Positions 38,210 to 48,595 of a DNA stretch of 64,000 nt are shown one piece after another. The position numbers and the translations under genes were made by a program. The first letter of the stretch is position 1, and each line of letters opens with the position of its first letter. This DNA is from an uncultured Verrucomicrobiae bacterium (GTDB taxonomy: Bacteria; Verrucomicrobiota; Verrucomicrobiia; Chthoniobacterales; UBA10450): assembly GCA_963834385.1 (NCBI GenBank), contig CAWIBO010000002.1, forward strand, positions 224,001 through 288,000, read 5' to 3'. The notes beneath the pieces are model-generated. The model ran no database searches. It was given only the letters and a program-made list of their open reading frames with translations, and was not told where the DNA came from.

Positions 38210-38898
38210 AGAATGCCGGCCTCCTTGAAGCTGAAGTAGCCGGCGTGGCCGGCGCCGGTCCCGCCGATGATGATGTGATCGAGCAGCTTGATTTGCATAA
38301 TCTCCGCCGCCTCGGCCAGGCGCCGGGTCAGGCTGTGGTCGCTCTGGCTCGGGGTGGGATCGCCCGAGGGATGATTGTGCACCACGATGACTGCGTAGGC
38401 GGAGTGGAGCATGGCGGGCCGGAAGATCTCGCGCGGATGCGCGATGCTTTCGTTCACGCTCCCGCTCGAAACTTCCTCGATGCGCCGCAGTTGATAACGG
38501 GTGTCGAGCAGAAGAACGCGCAGCGATTCCTTGTGGAGGCGCCGCATCTCGGCGCCGAGCAGATCGCATACGGCCTGGGGCGTATCGACCTTGCGCAGCG
38601 CCGCCGCCTCGTGTGCAAGCCGGTGGCCCAAAGTAAAGGCGGCCGAGAGTTGCACGGCCTTGGCCGGCCCAATCCCGCGAATTTTTTCCAGCTCCGCCGC
38701 GCGGCAACGGCTCAGGTTCGCCAGCGACCCGAAATCGCGCAAAAGCTGCCGGGCGAGATCGACTGCGTTCGTCCCCTGCGTCCCGGTGCCGAGAAGAATC
38801 GCAATCAACTCGGCGTCCGCCAGCGCTTCCGCTCCCTTGGCGATCAGCTTCTCACGCGGCCGGTCGTCTTTCGGCAGTTCGCGAATCTTGAAGGGCAT
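38206..38898 (-). CDS. radC: RadC/JAB-domain protein
   Basis: RPREKL, ELIAILLGTG, GIGPAKA, HPREIF, HNHPSGDPTPS, LLDHIIIG. Confidence 0.96.
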   Translation of the reverse strand: MPFKIRELPKDDRPREKLIAKGAEALADAELIAILLGTGTQGTNAVDLARQLLRDFGSLANLSRCRAAELEKIRGIGPAKAVQLSAAFTLGHRLAHEAAALRKVDTPQAVCDLLGAEMRRLHKESLRVLLLDTRYQLRRIEEVSSGSVNESIAHPREIFRPAMLHSAYAVIVVHNHPSGDPTPSQSDHSLTRRLAEAAEIMQIKLLDHIIIGGTGAGHAGYFSFKEAGIL

Positions 38899-38914
38899 GC
38901 GCGCTTTCCCGCGC

Positions 38915-39940
38915 TCAGGAACGGAAATCCTCGAGGAGTGTGTGCAGGCCGCCGGCCATCGAGGCGAGGGCCTCCGTGTGCGGGCCGGGTGCGAGATGGG
39001 CCAGGGAGGCCTCCGCCTCGTGCAGCAGACCCTGTCCCACCCGGATGGAATCGGTCAGGGCTTCCTCCGCGGCGGGCGACTTGAGCAGCGCGGCGACCTC
39101 CTCCGTTTTTCCCTCGAGGAGCAGGTTGCAGCAACGTTCCCGCTCGAACTCGGAGGCCGTTTGCAGGAGCACAAGGATGGGCAGGGTAAGTTTGCCCGTG
39201 CGCAGGTCGCTTCCGAGCGTTTTGCCCGTTTCCACCTCGTCGCCGGCGACATCGAGACAATCATCGTAGATCTGGTAGGCGGCCCCGAAATTCATTCCAA
39301 AATCACGCAGGCTCCCGCACATCCCGGGCTCGGCCTGGTTGAGCACGCCGGCGAACTCGGCCGCCGCGGCAAAAAGCGAGCCGGTCTTCATGCGGACGAT
39401 CCGCATGTATTCCTCCACCGGGAGCTGGAGATCGAAGCAGCGCTGGGTCTGGATGATTTCGCCCGAGCAAACCTCGCGCGCGGCCCGGGCAATACCGCGG
39501 CTGACGGAAGCGTCTTCGAAACCGGCGGAAAGGTTCAAAGCGTGGGCAAAGAGACAGTCGCCCAGGAGAACGCTGAGGGCGTTGCCCCAGCGGGCATTGA
39601 CCGTGGGCTGCGAGCGGCGCCGCTCGGCTTCGTCCATAACGTCGTCGTGGACCAGGGTGGCGAGATGGATCAACTCCACGATGACGGCGAGATCGACATG
39701 CTGGCTGGTGATCGGGCCGGTGGCGCCGCCGCCGAGCAGGGCCAGGAGCGGGCGTAGCCGTTTCCCGCGGCTGCCCACGGCGTAAGAAACATAGGCTTCG
39801 ATCGAAGGATCAAAACTTTCCGCCTGCGCGGCGATGCGGGTTTCGACCTGCTGCAGCTCCGGTAAAACGAGCTGCGTCACGTGCCCGAGCGGCCCGTGCT
39901 GCGAAGGCGAAACCGCTGTCGCGCGCGCGAAAACTTCCAC
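38915..39940 (-). CDS. Polyprenyl diphosphate synthase
   Basis: GKRLRP, LVHDDVMD (FARM), RR, KTGSLF, QIYDDCLD (SARM). Confidence 0.93.
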   Translation of the reverse strand: MEVFARATAVSPSQHGPLGHVTQLVLPELQQVETRIAAQAESFDPSIEAYVSYAVGSRGKRLRPLLALLGGGATGPITSQHVDLAVIVELIHLATLVHDDVMDEAERRRSQPTVNARWGNALSVLLGDCLFAHALNLSAGFEDASVSRGIARAAREVCSGEIIQTQRCFDLQLPVEEYMRIVRMKTGSLFAAAAEFAGVLNQAEPGMCGSLRDFGMNFGAAYQIYDDCLDVAGDEVETGKTLGSDLRTGKLTLPILVLLQTASEFERERCCNLLLEGKTEEVAALLKSPAAEEALTDSIRVGQGLLHEAEASLAHLAPGPHTEALASMAGGLHTLLEDFRS

Positions 39941-39946
39941 AGCCTG

Positions 39947-39974
39947 AGGATAAAAGAGCGGGGGTTAATGTCAA
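39947..39974 (-). promoter_or_regulatory. sigma70 promoter, apparently leaderless
   Basis: TTGACA-N16-TATCCT, 6 nt before GTG 39940. Confidence 0.7.
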
Positions 39975-40002
39975 AGCGGCAGCGGGCTCGCGGCGGATAT
40001 TT

Positions 40003-40671
40003 TCAGCGCCGTTCCTGCCAGGCCGCGAGGCGGTATTTTCGCCGTGCCAGCTCTTCGGCCTGCGCCAGAAGTTCGGGGTCAAGAGGGGCCGGACGGACCT
40101 CCCGGGCCAGGTTGGTGGCGAACCGTTCCGCTGTTGCCGGCGGGAGGTCGTCCGCCTGCACACTCCCTTGTTGCAGCAGACCAGCGCGGCTGCGGCGCTG
40201 GGCCGCGCCGGCAATCTTCCGGCCTTCCATGAGCAGATCGGCCTGCACGGGATTGGCAAAGCAGGCTTCGGAGATCTTGTCGCGCGCAAACACGGCCAGG
40301 GTGGTCTCGATCCCGAGCTCCGCGAGGGCTTCCCGCAGCGCTTCGTGCACCCGGGCATACAGCTCGAGCGCAGGACAGGAGAACGCCGGATCACGCCGCG
40401 GGATGATCAACGCATAGGTCAGATCCGTTCCATGCCGGACAATGCCGCCCCCGGTGCAGCGCCGGACCAGATCGCAGCCCGGCCCGGCGGCGGCGGCCTC
40501 GGCCACGCGGCCGAAGTAGCCGAAGGAAAGGGAGGGCCGGGCCCAGCCGTAGGTGCGCAAGAGAGGCGTCTCCGCCGTTTCCAGCAGCACTTCGTCCACC
40601 GCCATGTTCATCGCCGCATCGAAACCGGCGCGGTCGTCAATGAACTGGAGAAGCTCTACAAGCGGGGCCAA
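40003..40671 (-). CDS. Lipoate-protein ligase A / octanoyltransferase family protein
   Basis: NMAVDE, LSFGYF, VRRCTGGGIVRH, KIAGAAQ, QQGS; start uncertain. Confidence 0.88.
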   Translation of the reverse strand: MAPLVELLQFIDDRAGFDAAMNMAVDEVLLETAETPLLRTYGWARPSLSFGYFGRVAEAAAAGPGCDLVRRCTGGGIVRHGTDLTYALIIPRRDPAFSCPALELYARVHEALREALAELGIETTLAVFARDKISEACFANPVQADLLMEGRKIAGAAQRRSRAGLLQQGSVQADDLPPATAERFATNLAREVRPAPLDPELLAQAEELARRKYRLAAWQERR

Positions 40672-40675
40672 GATT

Positions 40676-41383
40676 CTAGGCAAGATCACGCACAATGGCG
40701 CCAAGTGCCTCCGCCGGATCGGCGGCGGCCGTGATGGGGCGCCCGATGACAAGGTAATCCGCTCCGGCGGCGACCGCTTCGCGCGGAGTGAGATGACGTT
40801 TCTGGTCGCCGGGATCGCTTCCGGCCGGCCGGATGCCGGGGATGACAAGACGGATTCCCGCGGGCATTTCGCGCCGGAGCAAACCGACTTCATGCGGGCT
40901 GGCCACGAGCCCCCCGATCCCGGCGGCCACGCCAAGACGACCGAGCCGCTCGACCTGTTGCGCCAGTGGATCGGGCACGCCGGTCTCGCGCAGGGTTTCC
41001 TCCGTGGAACTGGTGAGGACGGTAACGCCGAGCAGGAGCAGGCCCTCCGGCCTGGCCGCCACCGCCGCTTCGATCATGGCGCGGCCTCCGCCCAGATGAA
41101 GCGTCAGCATCTGCACATCGAGCGCCGCCGCGGAGCGAACAGCCTGCGCCACCGTATTCGGGATGTCATGCAGCTTGAGATCGAGAAAGACACGGGCGCC
41201 GCGCCGGCGCAGCTCGCGCACCAGGTCGGGGCCTTCGGCCGTGTAAAGCTGGAGGCCGACCTTGAAGCAACCGACCTCACCGCCGAGACGATCGGCCAGG
41301 GCGAGGGCGGGGGCCGCCGACGGGTAATCGAGTGCCACGATGATGCGCTCCGCCGGCTTTAGGGTTTCCGCGCCGCTTTTCAT
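40676..41383 (-). CDS. pyrF: Orotidine-5'-phosphate decarboxylase
   Basis: IVALD, FKVG, FLDLKLHDIPNT, VTVLTS, PGIR, VIGRPI. Confidence 0.96.
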   Translation of the reverse strand: MKSGAETLKPAERIIVALDYPSAAPALALADRLGGEVGCFKVGLQLYTAEGPDLVRELRRRGARVFLDLKLHDIPNTVAQAVRSAAALDVQMLTLHLGGGRAMIEAAVAARPEGLLLLGVTVLTSSTEETLRETGVPDPLAQQVERLGRLGVAAGIGGLVASPHEVGLLRREMPAGIRLVIPGIRPAGSDPGDQKRHLTPREAVAAGADYLVIGRPITAAADPAEALGAIVRDLA

Positions 41384-41422
41384 GCTGTAAATCTGCCGGC
41401 GTTCATGAGTCTGAGCCAATGT

Positions 41423-42250
41423 ATGCGGATGCACGCGCCCGCGAAGATCAATCTTTCATTCCGCATTGCGGGGCGGCGGCCCGACGGGTTCCACGAGATC
41501 GAGACCTTGATGGCGCCGATCTCGCTCCGGGACGAGCTGGAACTGGAAGCGGAAGGGGAGGATATCCGGTTGCAGTGCGACGATCCCAGTCTCCCGGTGA
41601 CCGGCGACAATCTCGTGGTGCGCGCGGCCGAGGCCTTTGCGCGGGCAACTGGGATCCGGCGGGGCTGGAGGATTACCTTGCAAAAACAGATCCCGCACGG
41701 CGCCGGGCTGGGTGGCGGCAGCAGCGACGCGGCCACCACCCTGCTGGCTTTGAACCGGCACGAAGGCGAGCCGCTATCGCCCGGGCAGCTCACCGAAATC
41801 GCGGGCGGACTGGGGGCGGATGTTCCGTTTTTCCTGCAGGAATCCGCCGCCATCTGCCGCGGCAAGGGCGAACAGGTCACGCCCTCCCCGCTGGCGAGCC
41901 CCGTGAGGCTCCTTCTTCTGAAACCTGCTTTTGGCGTCCCGACGCCCTGGGCGTATTCGCGGTGGCGTGAGGCGAAGGAACTGCCGGGGATCGCCTACGG
42001 GCCGCAAACGTTTGCCGGGCAGACTTTCTTCAACGACCTGGAGCGTCCGGTCTTCGAAAAATTCGTTTTTCTCGCCCGGCTGAAAATGTGGCTGCTGGAG
42101 CAGGCGGAGGTGGGCGCCGCGTTAATGTCGGGATCGGGCTCCACCGTGTTTGCGGCGCTGCGCGAGGGGGCGAAGGGGGAGGACCTGGCCGGGCGGGCCC
42201 GGGCGGAGCTGGACCCTGATCTCTGGAGTTGCGTCTGCGAGACGGCGTGA
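41423..42250 (+). CDS. ispE: 4-diphosphocytidyl-2-C-methyl-D-erythritol kinase
   Basis: APAKINL, DGFHE, IPHGAGLGGGSSDAA, GADVPF, NDLE, MSGSGS. Confidence 0.96.
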   Translation: MRMHAPAKINLSFRIAGRRPDGFHEIETLMAPISLRDELELEAEGEDIRLQCDDPSLPVTGDNLVVRAAEAFARATGIRRGWRITLQKQIPHGAGLGGGSSDAATTLLALNRHEGEPLSPGQLTEIAGGLGADVPFFLQESAAICRGKGEQVTPSPLASPVRLLLLKPAFGVPTPWAYSRWREAKELPGIAYGPQTFAGQTFFNDLERPVFEKFVFLARLKMWLLEQAEVGAALMSGSGSTVFAALREGAKGEDLAGRARAELDPDLWSCVCETA

Positions 42251-42251
42251 C

Positions 42252-43007
42252 CTAGTCGCCGGAGGTCGCCTTCCAGGTGGCGCGGGCGTACTCGCGGTTC
42301 AGCTTGGCAATGAAGCTGGCGCTGATCTCGGCGGGACAGACCGCCTCGCATTCGTAGGTGTTGGTGCAATTGCCAAACCCGGCCTCGTCCATGGATTGCA
42401 CCATGCGAAGGACGCGGCGTTCCCGTTCCGGTTCGCCCTGCGGGAGAAAGGCGAGATGGGAAACCTTGGCCGCGGTGAAGAGCATGGCGGAAGCATTCGG
42501 GCAGGCGGCGGCGCAGGCGCCGCAGCCGATGCAGGCGGCCGCTTCCATGGCGCGATCGGCATCGTGCTTGGGCACGGGGATCGAGTTGGCCTCCGGGGCT
42601 GATCCGGTGCGCGCGCTCACGAACCCGCCGGCCTGGACGATGCGATCGAGCGCGCTGCGGTCGACCACGAGGTCTTTCACCATCGGAAAGGCGCGCACCC
42701 GGAACGGTTCCACCGTGATGGTCTCGCCATCCCGGAACTCGCGCATGAAAAGCTGGCAGGCCGCGCCGGGATGATCCGGTCCGTGCGCCTCGCCGTTGAT
42801 GGTGAGCGAGCAGGTGCCGCAGATGCCTTCCCGGCAGTCGGAATCAAACGCGACCGGTTCATCGCCTTTTTCGATCAAGCGTTCGTTCACGATGTCGAGC
42901 ATCTCCAGGAAAGAGGTGTCCTCCGAGATGTCGCGCGCCTCGTATTCGACGAGCGCCCCCTCATTCTCCCTGTTTTTCTGGCGCCAGATGCGCAGTTGAA
43001 AATTCAT
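42252..43007 (-). CDS. sdhB: Succinate dehydrogenase/fumarate reductase Fe-S subunit
   Basis: [21 protein letters not shown] and [12 protein letters not shown] clusters. Confidence 0.96.
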   Translation of the reverse strand: MNFQLRIWRQKNRENEGALVEYEARDISEDTSFLEMLDIVNERLIEKGDEPVAFDSDCREGICGTCSLTINGEAHGPDHPGAACQLFMREFRDGETITVEPFRVRAFPMVKDLVVDRSALDRIVQAGGFVSARTGSAPEANSIPVPKHDADRAMEAAACIGCGACAAACPNASAMLFTAAKVSHLAFLPQGEPERERRVLRMVQSMDEAGFGNCTNTYECEAVCPAEISASFIAKLNREYARATWKATSGD

Positions 43008-44929
43008 TTGTAGCTCCTTTGCGTGAGCTCGACCGTTTCAAAGGTGAGCGGTTCCCGGTGCAGCGTCGGTTGCGCGTTCGCGCCGTTGCCCTGGTGTTCC
43101 CAGGCAAAGACCGAAGCGTAGTTCTCGTCGTCCCGCAGGGCCTCGCCCTCGGAGGTTTGGTGTTCCTCCCGGAAATGGCCGCCGCACGATTCGTCGCGCT
43201 CCAGTGCGTCGAGGCACATCAATTCGCCGAACTCGAGGAAATCGGCCACACGCCCGGCGCGCTCCAGGGACTGGTTGAAGTCGTCGCCGTCGCCCGGGAC
43301 GCGCACGTTATTCCAAAACTCCTCGCGGATTTTCGGGATGCGCTGGAGCGCTTCACGCAGGCCGGCGGCGTTGCGCGCCATGCCGCACTTGTCCCAAAGG
43401 AGCAGACCAAGCTCGCGGTGGAATGAATCCACTGACCGGCTCCCGTTGATCGAGAGGAGGCGCTGCACCCGGTCGTTGACGTTTCTCTCCGCCTCCACGA
43501 AGGCCGGGTCGTCGGCGGAAGGGCGCTGGTTGATCTGTCCGGCGAGATAGATCGGCAGGGTGTAAGGCAGAACGAAGTAACCGTCCGCCAAACCCTGCAT
43601 GAGCGCGCTGGCCCCAAGCCGGTTGGCTCCGTGGTCGGAAAAATTCGCCTCGCCCAGCACGTGCAGGCCGGGGACGTTGCTCATCAGGTTATAATCCACC
43701 CAGAGCCCGCCCATGGTGTAATGCACCGCCGGGTAGATGCGCATCGGCCGTTCATAGGCGTTTTCGCCGGTGATTTTTTCGTAGATATCGAAAAGATTGC
43801 CGTAGCGTTCGCGAATGGTTTTCTCGCCGAGACGGTTGATGGCATCCGCGAAGTCGAGGAAAACGCCGCGTCCGCCCGGCCCGACGCCGCGACCTTCGTC
43901 GCAGACTTCCTTGGCGCTGCGCGAGGAAATGTCGCGCGGGGCAAGGTTGCCGAAGCTGGGATATTTGCGTTCCAGGTAATAGTCGCGCTCGGCCTCCGGG
44001 ATTTCCCCCGGAGCGCGATGATCGCCCTGCTTTTTGGGCACCCAAACGCGGCCGTCGTTGCGGAGCGACTCGGACATGAGGGTGAGCTTCGACTGGTGGA
44101 GGCCGGTGACCGGGATGCAGGTGGGATGGATCTGCGTGAAACAGGGGTTGGCGAATAGCGCGCCCTTTTTGTAGGCGCGAAAAGTGGCGGTGACATTGCA
44201 GCCGCGCGCGTTGGTGGAGAGATAAAAGACGTTGCCGTAACCGCCGGTGGCCAGAATGACGGCGTCAGCCGCATGCCGCTCGATTTTTCCGGTGAGCAGG
44301 CTGCGGGTGATGATCCCCTTGGCGTGGCCGTTGACGATGACGAGGTCGAGCATTTCCGTCTGCGGGAACATGCGCACCGTCCCGGCGGCGATCTGGCGGG
44401 ACAAGGCCTGGTAGGCGCCGAGGAGGAGCTGCTGGCCGGTCTGGCCGCGCGCGTAAAAGGTGCGCGAGACCTGGGCGCCGCCGAACGAGCGGTTGGCCAG
44501 AAGGCCGCCGTATTCGCGGGCGAAAGGCACGCCCTGCTCGACGCACTGGTCGATGATGGCGTTGCTGACCTCCGCCAGGCGATAAACGTTGGCTTCGCGC
44601 GACCGAAAATCGCCTCCCTTGATCGTGTCGTAAAAAAGCCGGAAAACGCTGTCGCCGTCGTTCTGGTAGTTTTTCGCCGCATTGATGCCGCCCTGCGCGG
44701 CAATGCTGTGGGCGCGGCGGGGGCTGTCCTGGTAGCAGAAACACTTCACGTTGTATCCCTGCTCGCCGAGGGTGGCCGCGGCCGAGCCTCCCGCCAGTCC
44801 GCTGCCGACAACGATGATCTCGAACTTTCGGCGGTTGGCCGGGGAAACGAGGCGGGCGTGATCTTTGTAATCGCCCCATTTCCGGTCGAGCGGCCCGGCG
44901 GGGACCCGTGAGTCGATGGAGCCGATCAT
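43004..44929 (-). CDS. sdhA: Succinate dehydrogenase/fumarate reductase flavoprotein
   Basis: [34 protein letters not shown]. Confidence 0.97.
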   Translation of the reverse strand: MIGSIDSRVPAGPLDRKWGDYKDHARLVSPANRRKFEIIVVGSGLAGGSAAATLGEQGYNVKCFCYQDSPRRAHSIAAQGGINAAKNYQNDGDSVFRLFYDTIKGGDFRSREANVYRLAEVSNAIIDQCVEQGVPFAREYGGLLANRSFGGAQVSRTFYARGQTGQQLLLGAYQALSRQIAAGTVRMFPQTEMLDLVIVNGHAKGIITRSLLTGKIERHAADAVILATGGYGNVFYLSTNARGCNVTATFRAYKKGALFANPCFTQIHPTCIPVTGLHQSKLTLMSESLRNDGRVWVPKKQGDHRAPGEIPEAERDYYLERKYPSFGNLAPRDISSRSAKEVCDEGRGVGPGGRGVFLDFADAINRLGEKTIRERYGNLFDIYEKITGENAYERPMRIYPAVHYTMGGLWVDYNLMSNVPGLHVLGEANFSDHGANRLGASALMQGLADGYFVLPYTLPIYLAGQINQRPSADDPAFVEAERNVNDRVQRLLSINGSRSVDSFHRELGLLLWDKCGMARNAAGLREALQRIPKIREEFWNNVRVPGDGDDFNQSLERAGRVADFLEFGELMCLDALERDESCGGHFREEHQTSEGEALRDDENYASVFAWEHQGNGANAQPTLHREPLTFETVELTQRSYK

Positions 44930-45618
44930 AGCTGCTGGGCCGGTTTCACGAGGCCGAAGAGGACGGCCAGCGGGATGGAGGTGTAGCCGACGAAGATGGC
45001 CCAGGCGACGATCCGTCCGAGACGGGCCAGACGCGGGGCGGACCGTTTGTTATTGAAGCCGATGGATTGGAAGAAGCTCGAGGAGCCGTGGCTGAGGTGC
45101 AGCGCCAGAAGGAACATGGAGAGAACGTAAAAGCCGGAGACGAGCGGGCTCTGGAAACCGTAAACCATCATGGAATACACGTCGTAGCCGTTCAGCGGAT
45201 CCTCCTTGAGCAGGAGAAAACGCGGGTCGGTCGACCGCACGGTGAAATGGGCGATGTGATAAATGATGAACGAGATCAGGACGAGGCCGCTCAGGGCCAT
45301 GGAACGCGAGGCGATGGTGGCCTTGACGTGGTCCTTGCGCCGGTAACGCTCGGGGCGGGCCCGGCGGTTATCGATCGCGAGCCGGATCGTGTAATAAATA
45401 TGTACCAGCACGGTCACGAGCAGCCCGATGCGAATCACCCAGAGCATCGGGCCGAGCAGGCGAAGCTTGTGCGCGTAGGCGTTGATCCAGGCCGGACCCA
45501 GGAAAATCTGAAGGTTGCCAAGGAGATGGCCGATGACGAACCCGATCAGGATCAGGCCGGTCACGGCCACGATCATCTTACGGCCGATGGAGGAGCGAAC
45601 GAAGGCGGCGAAGTTCAA
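44926..45618 (-). CDS. sdhC: Succinate dehydrogenase cytochrome b subunit
   Basis: SSIGRK...TG, multiple TM helices with His ligands (HLLGNL, HLSHG); TTG start. Confidence 0.93.
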   Translation of the reverse strand: MNFAAFVRSSIGRKMIVAVTGLILIGFVIGHLLGNLQIFLGPAWINAYAHKLRLLGPMLWVIRIGLLVTVLVHIYYTIRLAIDNRRARPERYRRKDHVKATIASRSMALSGLVLISFIIYHIAHFTVRSTDPRFLLLKEDPLNGYDVYSMMVYGFQSPLVSGFYVLSMFLLALHLSHGSSSFFQSIGFNNKRSAPRLARLGRIVAWAIFVGYTSIPLAVLFGLVKPAQQL

Positions 45619-45757
45619 TCAATTAAGTTACGCGGCAGGGTGAACGATTGGATGAACCAGAGTAGGGCGGTCGCGAATGGCGTCAAGATGGCACAAAAAT
45701 GGAGGCTGGCAGTTCCGGACCCAATCGATATCATTCGGCCCCTGTCACCCCCTTCCG

Positions 45758-47605
45758 ATGCACCCTCAGCCGCCCATCCCAGCTTTGCGGGAGACCTCGC
45801 CCGGAGAGCGGTCAGCCGATTTCCTGGACATCTTCGATGGACGGGCCATGGGGCGGATCCGGAATGCCGAAGGAAGGTTGCTGGGGCGCTACCGACGTTG
45901 TTGGATTAATTCTCCCGCAGCGGCGACCCGTCTGGCCCTGGGGCTCCTGCGGGATCGCCCGGAGTTGCGGGGGCTCTTTCCAGGGGCGCTTCGGAATTCT
46001 GCCTACCGCCATTGGTTGAGCGAGCGCGGTCCATTCGGGGCGCGCGGGCGAAAAGCGGCGTTGTCGTTCGCGGCGGCCTTTGCCGGTCTGCGCGGGTCCC
46101 GGGTGCGGGATTATTACCTGCACAGTCCCGGGCACCAGCGAAGCTTCCCGCTCGCCCTGGTGCCGGGTGGCCAGAAACGATTTGTCGGCTGGTTGCTGGG
46201 CAAGGGACGGCTCCAGCACGATCTGAGCGAGGAGGAGATCCTTTGGTTCCTGCACGAAAGCGCCGAAGATCCCGAGGAGGCATGGCGAAGCACCTTCCTG
46301 GTCCAGCCGGAATGGCAAAGGCTGGCGGAGACCGACGAAGAACTGCCGTCGGATTTTCTGCGGGTGGCGGAAAGACCGGGGCTGACTTTTCGCGAGGTGG
46401 GTCGGTCGATCGGGGGCGAGGACGCGGCCGCGGCCGCGGCCACGGCGCCCGGGGTGAATATTCTCGGCCATTTTTGCTACCCGTGCGGCCTGCAACAGGC
46501 CGGCCTGGCGCTCAAATCCGCCCTGACATCGGCGGGACTCGCGACTTCCTGCCGTGACGTCCCGGCGGGCGTGCGCATGCAACTGGGAACGCGCGAAGCC
46601 TGGCTGGGATTGGAAAAATATCCCGTCACCATCATCAACGTGGCGCCCTGGCCGCACTTCAAGGAGTGCTACGCGCGCAGCGGGCTCTGGCGCCGTCACG
46701 ACGTTCACCGGATCGCCTATTGGTATTGGGAATTTCCGACCGTGCCCGCTCTCTGGCATGAGCTGGCGCCGCTGGTGGACGAGGTCTGGACGCCAACGCC
46801 GTTCGTGACGGAAGCGCTGCGGGCCTCACTGCCCCTGCCCGTGCACGAAATTGCGCCGGCGGTGGTGACGGCTGCGCCGGAGCCGGTGGCGCGCGAGCGT
46901 TTCGGACTGGGGGCGGAGACGTTCGTTTTCCTTTTCATGTTCGACATGTTCAGCGATTTCGAGCGAAAGAATCCGCTGGCCTTGCTCCGCGCCTACCGGC
47001 GCGCCTTTGGCCCGCGGGATGATGTTCATCTTCTGATCAAGGTCACCCGTGGCGGGGTGGACCTGGCCAACCTGGCGCGGCTGCGAAAGATGGCCGCGGA
47101 AGAGGGCGCCCCGGTGACGGTGTGCGACGAACTGGTCTCGCGGGAGCAGGCCACCGGCTACATCGCCATGAGCGACGCCGTTGTTTCACTGCATCGCTCG
47201 GAAGGGTTTGGGCTGGTCCTGGCCGAGGCGATGGCGCTGGGCAAGCCGGTGATTGGGACCAGATATTCGGGGAATCTCGCCTTCATGAACGGTGGGAACA
47301 GTCTGTTGGTCGAGCACCGCCTCGTCCGGGTGGATGGACACACGCCGCGCTATCCGCAGGGCGCGTGGTGGGCGGAGCCGAGCGAGACGCACGCGGCTGA
47401 CTGTCTGCGCGCGGTCTACGAGGACCGGTCGGCCAGCGCGCAGCGCGCGGCCCGGGCCGAGTGGGAGATCCGGCAGAATTTCGGGGTGGAGGCGGCGGGC
47501 CGTCGCATGGTGGCCCGGCTTGAGGCGATCGGGCAGGGGGCGACGGGTATGCCGTTGCGGAACAGGGATGAGAAGGCCGCCGGCACGCCGCTGGCGCTGG
47601 CCTAG
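45758..47605 (+). CDS. Glycosyltransferase family 4 with N-terminal repeat extension
   Basis: YWYWE, DEVWTPT, RKNP, SLHRSEGFGLVLAEAMALGKPVI. Confidence 0.9.
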   Translation: MHPQPPIPALRETSPGERSADFLDIFDGRAMGRIRNAEGRLLGRYRRCWINSPAAATRLALGLLRDRPELRGLFPGALRNSAYRHWLSERGPFGARGRKAALSFAAAFAGLRGSRVRDYYLHSPGHQRSFPLALVPGGQKRFVGWLLGKGRLQHDLSEEEILWFLHESAEDPEEAWRSTFLVQPEWQRLAETDEELPSDFLRVAERPGLTFREVGRSIGGEDAAAAAATAPGVNILGHFCYPCGLQQAGLALKSALTSAGLATSCRDVPAGVRMQLGTREAWLGLEKYPVTIINVAPWPHFKECYARSGLWRRHDVHRIAYWYWEFPTVPALWHELAPLVDEVWTPTPFVTEALRASLPLPVHEIAPAVVTAAPEPVARERFGLGAETFVFLFMFDMFSDFERKNPLALLRAYRRAFGPRDDVHLLIKVTRGGVDLANLARLRKMAAEEGAPVTVCDELVSREQATGYIAMSDAVVSLHRSEGFGLVLAEAMALGKPVIGTRYSGNLAFMNGGNSLLVEHRLVRVDGHTPRYPQGAWWAEPSETHAADCLRAVYEDRSASAQRAARAEWEIRQNFGVEAAGRRMVARLEAIGQGATGMPLRNRDEKAAGTPLALA

Positions 47606-47621
47606 CGCGAAGAAATTTCCT

Positions 47622-48578
47622 GTGCTCACGCCAGAAGCCATCCGCTGGGCCTACCGGCTTTTTCTCGACCGCGAGCCCGAGAACGAGGCGGTGGTAACGC
47701 ACAAGCTCAGGGCCTCGAACACACAGGAACTTCGGCGCAATTTCTTCTCCTCTGAGGAATTCCGGCGAAAGAATCAGCACTCGTTTCAGCTTTCCGGGAA
47801 CGAGCCCCCACTGGAGATCGACCTCGAAGCCGGGGAGGAGGAACTGGCCAGGCTCTTCGAAAAGGTGCGGGCGAGCTGGGAATATCTTGGTCGGACGGAA
47901 CCGCACTGGTCCGTTCTTACCGAGGACAAATTCCGCGCGGCGCACATCGGGAAATCGCGGGAGGAATTTTTCGAGTCCGGCTGGGATTCCGTGGCCTATC
48001 TACAGGCCTTCATGCGCCGGCACCGGATCGATCCCGCTGCCGTGCACGACTGCCTGGAACTGGGCTGTGGCCTCGGGCGCGTCACCCGATGGCTGGCGCA
48101 GGAGTTCCCCTCCGTGACCGGGTGCGACATCTCCGCGTCCCACCTGGCTGAGGCGAAAACTCACCTGGCCGCCGCCGGCCTGACCAACGTGGAACTGATG
48201 CATTTGACGGAGCCTCGGCAGCTGGGGGATCTGCCGGCGGTTGATCTCATCTTTTCGATCCTGGTTATTCAGCACAATCCGCCTCCGCTGATGCAGTTCC
48301 TGGTGCGGCAGTTGGTGCGGGCGCTGCGGCCAGGCGGCGTCGCTCTTCTGCAGTTGCCCACTTACCTGACCGGTTACGCCTTCTCCCTTGCTGCCTATCT
48401 CCAGGCACCTCCCGGGCCCCTGGAGATGGAGATGCACGTGTTGCCGCAGAGCGCCGTCTTTGAGGCTGTGGAAATCGAAGGCGGCCGCGTTCTGGAAGTC
48501 CTGACCAACGCGGGTGTCGACCCGACGTTTCGCGGCGTCTCGGAAATGTTCTTCGTGCAAAAAAGAGGCCGGCGCTGA
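47622..48578 (+). CDS. Class I SAM-dependent methyltransferase
   Basis: LELGCGLGR, GCDIS, LVIQHNPP, LRPGG; N-terminal AYRLFLDREPE module. Confidence 0.88.
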   Translation: MLTPEAIRWAYRLFLDREPENEAVVTHKLRASNTQELRRNFFSSEEFRRKNQHSFQLSGNEPPLEIDLEAGEEELARLFEKVRASWEYLGRTEPHWSVLTEDKFRAAHIGKSREEFFESGWDSVAYLQAFMRRHRIDPAAVHDCLELGCGLGRVTRWLAQEFPSVTGCDISASHLAEAKTHLAAAGLTNVELMHLTEPRQLGDLPAVDLIFSILVIQHNPPPLMQFLVRQLVRALRPGGVALLQLPTYLTGYAFSLAAYLQAPPGPLEMEMHVLPQSAVFEAVEIEGGRVLEVLTNAGVDPTFRGVSEMFFVQKRGRR

Positions 48579-48595
48579 ATCCGGGGGCGGGTCAC

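Noticed and set aside
20217..38898. Dedicated competence locus (dprA, ssb, pilins, radC)
   Set aside because: The genes lie in different operons, and no comEC, comEA or pilus ATPase is in the window.
45689..45703. sigma54 site upstream of the GT4 gene (TGGCACAAAAATGGA)
   Set aside because: The -24 element is good but the -12 reads GA rather than GC; too weak to call.
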